64,000 bases of DNA from an uncultured Gemmatimonas sp. (GTDB lineage Bacteria; Gemmatimonadota; Gemmatimonadetes; Gemmatimonadales; GWC2-71-9). The DNA lies in the NCBI GenBank assembly GCA_964439025.1, contig CAYTMW010000006.1:21833-85832 (forward strand). The letters are read 5' to 3'. The notes below the pieces were generated by a model, which did no database searches, had not been told where the DNA came from, and was given only the letters and a program-made list of their open reading frames with translations. Positions 9,609 to 17,504 of this stretch are shown here, in pieces (position 1 is the first letter of the stretch; each line of letters starts with the position of its first letter). The translations under genes and the position numbers were made by a program.

Positions 9609-11036
9609 ATGACCCGCTGGTTGTCTCCCGCAGGCCTCGCGGTGCTTGCTTCGGCGTGTGCCGGCGGCCGCGCGCAATCGTCGCCCCCCGCGCAACCGGC
9701 GCCCGCCGTCGCGACGGCTGCGCCGGCATCCACCGATACGACGAGTTACGACCGTCCGCAGTACGTCTCCACCTACAGGCGGCGCGCGAATCCACCGGTG
9801 CTGATTCGCAACGCGACGGTGCTGACGGCGGCGGGCCAGGAGATTCCTAATGCGTCAGTGCTCTTCCGCGACGGGAAGATCGTCGCGGTGGGCGCGAATC
9901 TGACGGCCCCCGCGGATGCGACGGTGGTGGACGGCAGCGGCAAGTTCGTTACGCCCGGCATCATCGACACCCACAGCCATCTCGGGGTATACGCCGCGCC
10001 GGGAACCCAGGCCGAGAGCGACGGCAATGAGGCAACCAATCCGGTGACTGCGGAGGTGTGGGCCGAGCATTCGATCTGGCCCCAGGATCCGCAGATTCCG
10101 CTCGCCATCGCCGGCGGGGTGACGGTGATGCAGGTGCTTCCCGGCTCCGCCAATCTGATCGGCGGGCGCTCGGCGACGGTGCGGCTCGTTCCGGCGCGCA
10201 CAGCGCAGGAAATGAAATTCCCGGGGGCGCCCTATGGGGTGAAGATGGCCTGCGGCGAGAATCCGAAGCGGGTCTATCAGATTCGGGGGCCCGCGACCCG
10301 GATGGGGAATATGGCCGGGTACCGCGCCGCATTCATCCAGGCCGAACAGTACCGGCAGCGCTGGGACAAATGGCTGAAGGACCGGAAGGGCGACGCCCCC
10401 GGCCGGGACCTCCGCATTGAGACGCTCGCGGGAGTGTTGCGCGGGGAGATCTCGGTCCAGAACCATTGCTATCGCGCCGACGAGATGGCTCAGATGCTGG
10501 ACCTCGCGCGTGAGTTCGGTTTCAAGATTCGCTCCTTCCACCACGGCATCGAGGCCTACAAAGTCGCCGACCTCCTCGCGGCGAATGGCACGGCGGCCTC
10601 GGTCTGGTCCGACTGGGGCGGTTTCAAGATGGAGGCCTTCGACCCCATCCTGGAAAATGCCGCGCTCATCACCAACGCGGGTGCGCGAGCGGTGATTCAC
10701 ACCGACAGTCCCGACGGCATCCAGCGAATGAACCAGGACATGGCCAAGGCGTACTACGCCGGTGTCCGGGCCGGAATCCCGCTGACGCGGGACCAGGCCA
10801 TCAAATGGATCACCGCCAATCCCGCCTGGGTGTTGGGTCTCGATGCCTGGACCGGTACGCTCGTAGCGGGGAAGATGGCCGACGTGGTCCTCTGGTCTGG
10901 CGACCCGTTTTCGGTGTATTCCAAGGCCGAAAAGGTGTGGAACGAAGGCTGGCTGGTGTTTGACCGGCTCGATCCGACGCACCAGTACAAGACGGACTTC
11001 AACATCGGCCAGACCGCGCCGGGGGTCGGACGATGA
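9609..11036 (+). CDS. amidohydrolase-superfamily metallo-hydrolase (COG1228-like), secreted/lipoprotein
   Basis: GIIDTHSHLG (HxH), AVIHTDSPDG (H..D). Signal peptide with LAVLASAC lipobox-like cysteine. Confidence 0.85.
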   Translation: MTRWLSPAGLAVLASACAGGRAQSSPPAQPAPAVATAAPASTDTTSYDRPQYVSTYRRRANPPVLIRNATVLTAAGQEIPNASVLFRDGKIVAVGANLTAPADATVVDGSGKFVTPGIIDTHSHLGVYAAPGTQAESDGNEATNPVTAEVWAEHSIWPQDPQIPLAIAGGVTVMQVLPGSANLIGGRSATVRLVPARTAQEMKFPGAPYGVKMACGENPKRVYQIRGPATRMGNMAGYRAAFIQAEQYRQRWDKWLKDRKGDAPGRDLRIETLAGVLRGEISVQNHCYRADEMAQMLDLAREFGFKIRSFHHGIEAYKVADLLAANGTAASVWSDWGGFKMEAFDPILENAALITNAGARAVIHTDSPDGIQRMNQDMAKAYYAGVRAGIPLTRDQAIKWITANPAWVLGLDAWTGTLVAGKMADVVLWSGDPFSVYSKAEKVWNEGWLVFDRLDPTHQYKTDFNIGQTAPGVGR

Positions 11037-12277
11037 AATACGTCAACGGGATCCTTGCGGTGGCCGCACTAGCCGTCCAGCCGTCCAGCCATCTAGCCGC
11101 CCAGGTCATCGCGATCACGGGCGGCACGGTCTATCCCGTCTCCGGGCCGCACATCGCAAACGGCACCGTGATCATCCAGGACGGACGCATCACGGCTGTG
11201 GGCGCCAACCTCGCCATCCCGGCCGGAGCGACACGGGTGGACGCGACGGGCAAGTGGATCACGCCGGGGTTCATTCACGCGAATGCCAATGCAGGCCTCG
11301 GCGTCGCAGGGCTGAACGGACAACAGGAAGGCGGAGTGCAGGGAGAGATTAATCCTTCCTTCAACCCCGCCGAGGGCGTCGATCCCGCCGCGTTCAGCAT
11401 TCCGGTTGCCCGCACCGGCGGTATCACCGGCGGAGTGCTGGTACCCGGAGGGGCATTCTTCCCCGGTCAGGCGCCGGCGGTGAATTTCGCAGGGGACCGG
11501 GTCGACGACATGATCGTGCGCCGCAATGCGGCAATGATCCTGAATCTCTCTGACAACAGCAGGGCGGCGGGGGGCGGAAGCCGTGCCGGCACGATGGCGC
11601 GGGTCCGCCGCCTCTTCGACGATGCGCTCGAGTATGCCCGCCGCAAGGCGGACTTCCAGCGCGCCGCGATCCAGCCGCTCTCGGCACCGGCCAGGGAGCT
11701 GGAGGCGCTCCTCACGATGCTGCGAGGCGAAGTACCTCTCGCCGTGTCGGCCAGCCGGCGGATCGACATCGAGAACGCACTCCGTCTCAAGCGGGAGTAC
11801 CGGCTCCGCGTCGTGATCCTGAACGGCGTGGAAGCGTGGCAGGTGGCGAAGGAGATCGCCGCGGCGGGAGTCGCGGTCGTCCTCGAGCCGAATCGGGATA
11901 TTCCGAGCTTCGAAGGCCTCGGCGCCCGCCTCGACAACGCCACGCTGCTCCGCGAGGCCGGCGTGGACGTGGTGATCGCCCAGGGCGATCCGGGCGGGGA
12001 GCGGAACCTGCGCTATGCGGCGGGGAACGCAGTCCGGAACGGAATGCGCTGGGACGATGCGCTCAAAGCGGTCACTTCGATGCCGGCGTCGGCCTTCGGA
12101 TTCACCGACTACGGCACCCTCGAGGCCGGCAAGGTGGCGAATCTGGTGATCTGGTCGGGAGATCCCTTCGAGTTCTCCGCGGTCGCGGAGAAGGTGTACA
12201 TCAAGGGGCGGGAGCTCCCGTTGCGCACCAGGGAAACCGAGCTGCGCGACAAGTACCGGGCGCTCCCGCTGCCCTGA
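11033..12277 (+). CDS. amidohydrolase-family paralogue with degenerate metal ligands
   Basis: Same fold pattern as the preceding gene, but HxH reads GFIHANANAG (H-A-N) and H..D reads VVIAQGDPGG. ATGA overlap with the upstream gene. Signal peptide present. Confidence 0.75.
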   Translation: MKYVNGILAVAALAVQPSSHLAAQVIAITGGTVYPVSGPHIANGTVIIQDGRITAVGANLAIPAGATRVDATGKWITPGFIHANANAGLGVAGLNGQQEGGVQGEINPSFNPAEGVDPAAFSIPVARTGGITGGVLVPGGAFFPGQAPAVNFAGDRVDDMIVRRNAAMILNLSDNSRAAGGGSRAGTMARVRRLFDDALEYARRKADFQRAAIQPLSAPARELEALLTMLRGEVPLAVSASRRIDIENALRLKREYRLRVVILNGVEAWQVAKEIAAAGVAVVLEPNRDIPSFEGLGARLDNATLLREAGVDVVIAQGDPGGERNLRYAAGNAVRNGMRWDDALKAVTSMPASAFGFTDYGTLEAGKVANLVIWSGDPFEFSAVAEKVYIKGRELPLRTRETELRDKYRALPLP

Positions 12278-12280
12278 GGA

Positions 12281-12637
12281 TCAGACCGTCGTCGAAGCCG
12301 GCTTGCTCACCTCCGCCTCGCCGGTCTCGGCGGGCGGAGCCGGATGTTCGTCGACGGTGATGGTATCGCCCTGGACTTCGTCCAGCTCACGATCGATCGT
12401 GGCGATCTTGGCTGAAATATCGTCGAGCTGGGCGAAGAGGGCATCAATCTCCCCCTGATTGATTTCCGCGCCCCGCTCCTTCTTGTAGACCAGCATGCCC
12501 AGCTTGTAGGCGGCCTTGCTCCGCAGCCCGATCAGGCGGCTGCGGTCGAGGTGCAGCTTGCTCGATTCGAAGACGGTGCGCACGCGATCGCCGATCTGGT
12601 CGATCTCGGAGTTCAGACGGTCGAAGATGGAAGCCAT
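12281..12637 (-). CDS. hypothetical coiled-coil protein
   Basis: 118-aa ORF with heptad-like charged composition. GGAGAGAGGG RBS lies ahead of the ATG. No motif recognised. Confidence 0.55.
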   Translation of the reverse strand: MASIFDRLNSEIDQIGDRVRTVFESSKLHLDRSRLIGLRSKAAYKLGMLVYKKERGAEINQGEIDALFAQLDDISAKIATIDRELDEVQGDTITVDEHPAPPAETGEAEVSKPASTTV

Positions 12638-12699
12638 GTTCCCTCTCTCCTGTGGTAGTCCGGGAATGACGAGCCGTCACACTCGAATGTTTCAAAGTA

Positions 12700-12797
12700 T
12701 AGGCAATAGGCAGCAGGCAACAGGCAAGAGGGAAAACGAAAGAGGGGCACTCGATTGAGCACCCCTCCTGCCTGCTGCCTGCTGCCTGCTGCCTAGG
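12700..12797. repeat. tandem-heptamer hairpin, AGGCAxx / CTGCCTG units
   Basis: Left arm AGGCAAT-AGGCAGC-AGGCAAC-AGGCAAG. Right arm (CTGCCTG)x4. An inner GAGGGG..CCCCTC hairpin is present. The right arm abuts the rpmA stop codon. Confidence 0.8.
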
Positions 12798-13059
12798 ACG
12801 CGGCAGCGTCCGGATACACGGAAATCTTCTGCCGTCCCTTATCCTTCCACTCGAACTTCACCACGCCGTCGGCGGTGGCGAAGAGCGTGTCGTCGTTGGC
12901 GCGCTTGACGTTTTTGCCGGGGTGAAACCTGGTGCCCCGCTGACGCACAATGATGTTCCCCGAGATGACCCGCTCGCCGCCGAAGTGCTTGACGCCGAGG
13001 TACTGGGGATTGCTGGTGCGGCCGTTGCGCGACGAGCCGACCCCCTTTTTGTGAGCCAT
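12793..13059 (-). CDS. rpmA: 50S ribosomal protein L27
   Basis: [31 protein letters not shown], a canonical L27 sequence. Confidence 0.97.
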   Translation of the reverse strand: MAHKKGVGSSRNGRTSNPQYLGVKHFGGERVISGNIIVRQRGTRFHPGKNVKRANDDTLFATADGVVKFEWKDKGRQKISVYPDAAAS

Positions 13060-13060
13060 G

Positions 13061-13378
13061 TTATTTCCCTGCCTTGACGCCGGTAATACGGACGTCGGTG
13101 AACTTGGCGCGATGCCCGGTCTTCCGCCGGATGTTCTTCCGGCGCTTGAAGCGGAACACGTAGATCTTTTCGCCCTTCACTTCGCCCAGGACCTCTGCGG
13201 TAACGCTCGCGCCCTTGACGGTCGGGGCGCCAGCCGTGATCGTGTCGCCATCCGCCGTGAGCAGGACCTCGTCGAAGGTGACGGTCGCACCCGGCTCGAC
13301 CTCCATACGGGGAAGCCGGATGGTCTGCCCCGCCTCGGCTTTGAACTGCTTTCCCTGCGCGCGAAAAATGGCGTACAT
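13061..13378 (-). CDS. rplU: 50S ribosomal protein L21
   Basis: [35 protein letters not shown], a canonical L21 sequence, directly upstream of rpmA. Confidence 0.95.
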   Translation of the reverse strand: MYAIFRAQGKQFKAEAGQTIRLPRMEVEPGATVTFDEVLLTADGDTITAGAPTVKGASVTAEVLGEVKGEKIYVFRFKRRKNIRRKTGHRAKFTDVRITGVKAGK

Positions 13379-13419
13379 GATTCCAGCCCGGGTTGGTCGT
13401 AGTCCGAAACGAGCCCGTA

Positions 13420-13448
13420 ACTATAAATGGGGGGCTGGTTTGAGGCAA
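13420..13448 (-). promoter_or_regulatory. candidate sigma-70-type promoter of rplU-rpmA
   Basis: Minus strand TTGCCT - 17 nt - TATAGT. The -10 element ends about 40 nt upstream of the rplU ATG. Confidence 0.5.
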
Positions 13449-13542
13449 GAGGCCAGGGAGAGGCTTTCGATCCCTGCAACCGGCTTGCGCGGCCGGACGG
13501 GGAGGACCATGATCCTTTCCACCATCTTCCGGATATGGGTTC

Positions 13543-13983
13543 ATGGCCAGCGCCGACGCCCTCAGGGGACGGGGTATTGTTTTCCGGCTCCTCCTCGCGA
13601 TCCTCATCGTCTTCGCCACCTTTAATCCCTGGGGCGCTTCGTTCTACCACTGGGCACTCGGGCCGCTTTTCGGCACGGGAGGCGGGCTTGGCACGCTCGG
13701 CCCACTCAAAGTGCTGACCGGGCTCGTGCTGATCGTGGGGTGGGTCATCTGCATTCAGGCTACGAAACGCTCGCTCGGGCTCCGGGGAGCGCTGCTCATC
13801 GTCGCCATTTTCGCAGCGGTGATCTGGCTGCTGCAGGATCAAGGACTGCTGGATCCATCAGGCAGCCGCACCATCGCGACCATCATTCTGGTCCTCGTGA
13901 CGGTCGTTCTCGGGATCGGGATGTCGTGGTCCCATCTGAACCGCAGGCTCACCGGACAGGTCGATACGGATCAGGTGGCGTAG
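13543..13983 (+). CDS. small integral membrane protein (about 4 TM), function unknown
   Basis: Hydrophobic segments FRLLLAILIVFATF, LTGLVLIVGWVICI, ALLIVAIFAAVIWLL, IATIILVLVTVVLGIG. Confidence 0.6.
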   Translation: MASADALRGRGIVFRLLLAILIVFATFNPWGASFYHWALGPLFGTGGGLGTLGPLKVLTGLVLIVGWVICIQATKRSLGLRGALLIVAIFAAVIWLLQDQGLLDPSGSRTIATIILVLVTVVLGIGMSWSHLNRRLTGQVDTDQVA

Positions 13984-13984
13984 C

Positions 13985-14068
13985 TAGGCAGTAGGGAGTA
14001 GGCAGTGGGCAGTGGGCAGTAGGCAAAGGCCTTCCCCTACTGCCTACCGCCTATTGCCTCGTGCCTAC
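13985..14068. repeat. tandem-heptamer hairpin, GGCAGT(A/G) units
   Basis: TAGGCAGTAGGGAGTAGGCAGTGGGCAGTGGGCAGTAGGCA - loop - CCTACTGCCTACCGCCTATTGCCTCGTGCCTAC. Sits between convergent genes. The left arm is nearly identical to 39471-39502. Confidence 0.85.
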
Positions 14069-15732
14069 GCAACTGCGTATTGCTCAGTCACGTCGCGCCC
14101 CGCCGGCCGGCTCATCAACCGGAATTCGTCGAGATGCATCATCGGGTCATCCCGGACTTCGAGCTCCAGGCCGTTGGCCTTGGCCAGGGTGACGAGGAGT
14201 TTCGGCTCCTCTTCCAGGAGATAGAGCGCCACCTCCGGGTGGATCCGGACCGACAACGACTTTTCTCTGTGCTCATGCCCCACCCGGCGCAGGGTCCGCT
14301 CCAGCCGGCGGGCGACCACCTCAGGCCGGAAGACTCGTCCCGACCCGCTGCAGGTTGGACAGTCGGTGGTCATCGAGGCATAAAGGGAGGCCCGGATCCG
14401 CTGCCGGGTCATCTCCACCAGACCCAGATCGGACACCGCCAGAGCCTTCGTCCGGGCGCGGTCGCGTCCCAGATGCGCGCGAAGCTCCTGGAGCACCCGC
14501 TCGCGGTTTCCCTTGGACTCCATGTCGATGAAGTCGCAGACGATGATGCCGCCCAGGTCGCGGAGTCGCAGCTGCCGGGCCACTTCCCTGGCGGCCTCGA
14601 GATTGGTGCGGAGGATCGTCTTCTCGGGGTCCTTCTTCCCGGTATACCGGCCGGTGTTCACGTCAATCGACACCAGCGCTTCGGTCGGCTGGATGACGAG
14701 CGAGCCGCCCGTCGGCAGGTCCACCCGGGCCCGGAAGAGTGATTTGATCTCGGTTTCGATGTCGTATTTGTCGAATAGCGGGAGCGGATCCTCGTACAGG
14801 TGCACCCGGCTCATGAGCTCCGGATCGACGCCGTCCAGGTACTGCTCGACTTCGTGGTAGACCTCGTTCGAATCGACGTGAAGGGCGTCGACCTTGTCGC
14901 TGAAGACGTCTCGGATGAGCCCGCGGGTCAGGGAAGCCTCTCGCTGAAGGAGCGCGGGCGCCTTCCGAACGTAGCGCTGTTTCCGCTTGACCTTGCGCCA
15001 CTGATTGAGGAGGGCGTCGATCTCACGCTTGAAGTGCTCCTCCGTCACCCCCTCAGCCACGGTTCGCACGATGACGCCCCCCGCGTCCTCGGGAAGGAGG
15101 CGGGTGACCATCTCGCGCAACTTCGCACGCTGGTCTCGACTCTCGATCTTGCGGCTCACCCCCACGCGCGAGGCATAGGGCATGTAGACGAGGAAGCGCC
15201 CCGGGAGGGAAATCTGCGCGGTGACCCGGCACCCCTTGGTGCTGATGGGCTCCTTGGTCACCTGCACGGGGAGGGTCTGGCCCTTCTTCAGGATCTCGCC
15301 GATGTCGGGCAGCTGCCGGCGGGAGGAGACTTCGCGCTGGCGTACTTCGGGCTTGGGGGTCCCGTTGCCGCGCCGCCCCCTGCGCGGCTCCTCGTCGGCA
15401 CCGGGGCCGCTGTCGGAGGATTCCGCGATGGAGACGGCGACCGCCGTCACTTCATCCGGCTGCTCCTCGTCCTCGCCCTCGTCCTCCGGCTCGTCGTCCT
15501 CATCGGGCTCCAGGAGGTCCGAGGCGTGGAGGAACGCGCTCTTTTCCTGGCCGATGTCTACGAATGCGGCCTGGATGCCGGGAAGAACAGCATCCACGCG
15601 TCCGAGATAGATGTCACCGACCATGCGCTGCTGATCGGCGCGGTCCACCAGCAACTCAACGAGCCGGTCGTCCTCGAGGATGGCCACCCGCGTTTCGCGA
15701 GGGCCTCCATTGATTAATATCTCGCGCTTCAC
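14065..15732 (-). CDS. rng: ribonuclease E/G family endoribonuclease
   Basis: GDIYLGRVDAVLPGIQAAFVDIG..AFLHASD (S1 domain) and ..TKGCRVTAQISLPGRFLVYMP. GTG start. Contains an acidic insertion. Confidence 0.9.
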   Translation of the reverse strand: MKREILINGGPRETRVAILEDDRLVELLVDRADQQRMVGDIYLGRVDAVLPGIQAAFVDIGQEKSAFLHASDLLEPDEDDEPEDEGEDEEQPDEVTAVAVSIAESSDSGPGADEEPRRGRRGNGTPKPEVRQREVSSRRQLPDIGEILKKGQTLPVQVTKEPISTKGCRVTAQISLPGRFLVYMPYASRVGVSRKIESRDQRAKLREMVTRLLPEDAGGVIVRTVAEGVTEEHFKREIDALLNQWRKVKRKQRYVRKAPALLQREASLTRGLIRDVFSDKVDALHVDSNEVYHEVEQYLDGVDPELMSRVHLYEDPLPLFDKYDIETEIKSLFRARVDLPTGGSLVIQPTEALVSIDVNTGRYTGKKDPEKTILRTNLEAAREVARQLRLRDLGGIIVCDFIDMESKGNRERVLQELRAHLGRDRARTKALAVSDLGLVEMTRQRIRASLYASMTTDCPTCSGSGRVFRPEVVARRLERTLRRVGHEHREKSLSVRIHPEVALYLLEEEPKLLVTLAKANGLELEVRDDPMMHLDEFRLMSRPAGRDVTEQYAVA

Positions 15733-16160
15733 GCCACCGTTCCCTGGCCATTCCCGGGTCCCAGCTTGCTTCGCTGGGACATCGTGCGCCCCGGCCGGCC
15801 ATCATCGTGAGGGGGTCGGGTCGTCCGAAAGGCGCCGAAATGATCCGTCCCCGACGGGGGTGGCGGACCGGCGAAGGGGAACGCCGCGAGGAGTCACCGG
15901 TCCGCTCGCCCGCTCGGGCAGGGGCCGGCGCAGCAAGGCCGGTTCCTGTCGGAGACGGTGAGGGTCCGCCGGTGGGCTCGGGCGGTCGGCTGTCCGAAAG
16001 ACAGCCCTTCGTGGCTGGCGCAATTCGGATCCCCAGGATCCGAGACAGCAGAAATGCGGCGGTACGGAGGGTCCGGAGACGTCCCCCGCACTGACAGCGC
16101 GGATCGTTGAGCGCAGTGACCGCATGCAAGGAACTTAAAGAATGGCAGAGGGTTATGCTA

Positions 16161-16232
16161 GTGATCAGGGGTCAGAGATCAGGGGTCAGGGAACCGGCCG
16201 CTCGCCCCTGACCACTGACCACTGACCACTAC
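16161..16232. repeat. tandem-heptamer hairpin, GGTCAGx / CTGACCA units
   Basis: GTGATCAGGGGTCAGAGATCAGGGGTCAGGG - loop - CCCCTGACCACTGACCACTGACCACTAC. The right arm overlaps the acyl-CoA dehydrogenase stop. Confidence 0.8.
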
Positions 16233-17449
16233 CCATCAACCACGCTTCCCAGTATCTGGCGGGCAATGACGATTCGCTGAATCTCACTCGTCCCCTCCCC
16301 GATTTCGCACACCTTTGCGTCCCGCATCATCCGCTCCACGGGATACTCCGCGGTGTAGCCGTATCCGCCGAAGATCTGGACCGCCTTCGTGGTGACCCGC
16401 ATGGCGAGCTCCGAGCAGTAGAGCTTGGCCATTGCCGCCTCCTTCTTGAAGGGCTTTCCGGCCTGCTTCAACCGTGTGGCGGCATAGAGGAGATGGGTCC
16501 CAGCCTCGATTTCGGTCGCCATGTCGGCGAGCATGAAATGGATGGCCTGAAAGCTCCCGATGCGGCGACCGAACTGTTTCCGGAGGCCGGCATACTCGCG
16601 CGCAGCGTCGTATGCCCCCTCGGCAATGCCGAGGGACAACGCGGCGATACCGATCCGGCCGGCGTCGAGGGTCTTCAGGAATTGCACGAAGCCCTCGCCC
16701 CGCGCGCCGAGCATGTTCTCCTTCGGAACGACCGCATCTTGAAAGTTGAGTGCCCGCGTATCGCTGGCCCGCCACCCCATCTTCTCTTCCTTCTTCCCCG
16801 CCGTGAAGCCCGCGATCTTGGGCAGATCGTCGCTGTGCCCGACGCCGAGCGCCCGGCATTCTTCCAGGTCGACGGTGTCCTTGGTCATGATGAAGCTGGT
16901 GATGCCGCGATGACCGGGCCCGGGGTCGGTGCGCGCAGTGACGGAAAAGATTTCGCCGACACCGGCGTGGGTAATGAGGCTCTTCGCACCGTTCAGGATG
17001 AAGTGGTCTCCCTTATCGACCGCGGTGGTCGCCGTACCGCCGGCATCGCTTCCCGCTCCCGGCTCGGTGAGGCCGAAGCCCCCCATAACGCGGCCGGACG
17101 CCAGCAGGGGAACGTAGGTCTGCTGCTGCGCCTCGGTGCCGAACTCGACGATGGGGGAGGTGCCGAGGTTGGTATGCGCGGAAATCGTCAGCCCGTGCGA
17201 GGCGTCCACCTTGGCCATCTCGTGGATGGTCACATAGTAGGAGGTCTGGTCCATCCCCGCCCCGCCCAGCTCCTCGGACCAGGGAACCCCGAGGAGACCC
17301 AGGTCGCCCATCTTCTTGATGTTTTCCCAGGGGAAGGCGCAGGTGCGGTCGAGCTCGCGGGCGACGGGCGCGACTTCGGTGCGAGCGAACTCGCGCACCA
17401 TGTCCCGGACTTCGCGGTGCTGATCGGTGAAATAGAGTGTATCGTCCAT
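16229..17449 (-). CDS. acyl-CoA dehydrogenase
   Basis: Typical ACAD pattern (GLTEPGAGSDAGG..; C-terminal YEGTSEIQ-like EIGEGTSEIQRIVIAR). Start trimmed to the ATG at 17449 (MDDTLYFTDQH). Confidence 0.9.
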   Translation of the reverse strand: MDDTLYFTDQHREVRDMVREFARTEVAPVARELDRTCAFPWENIKKMGDLGLLGVPWSEELGGAGMDQTSYYVTIHEMAKVDASHGLTISAHTNLGTSPIVEFGTEAQQQTYVPLLASGRVMGGFGLTEPGAGSDAGGTATTAVDKGDHFILNGAKSLITHAGVGEIFSVTARTDPGPGHRGITSFIMTKDTVDLEECRALGVGHSDDLPKIAGFTAGKKEEKMGWRASDTRALNFQDAVVPKENMLGARGEGFVQFLKTLDAGRIGIAALSLGIAEGAYDAAREYAGLRKQFGRRIGSFQAIHFMLADMATEIEAGTHLLYAATRLKQAGKPFKKEAAMAKLYCSELAMRVTTKAVQIFGGYGYTAEYPVERMMRDAKVCEIGEGTSEIQRIVIARQILGSVVDG

Positions 17450-17504
17450 GCGGGAAATATAGTCCCGCCCTGTGGACATCCGCCGCCCCCTGGAGGAGCT
17501 GCGC

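Noticed and set aside
12700-14068. Heptamer repeat arrays as a possible CRISPR array
   Set aside because: Units are 7-9 bp, directly abutting with no spacers, and each array is mirrored by its reverse complement. There are no cas genes. This is hairpin architecture, not CRISPR.
15733-16160. Possible RNase P RNA, SRP RNA or 6S RNA in the gap upstream of rng
   Set aside because: I looked for GAGGAAAGUCCGGGC-type (RNase P) and SRP domain IV motifs on both strands and found none. The region is treated as a leader only.
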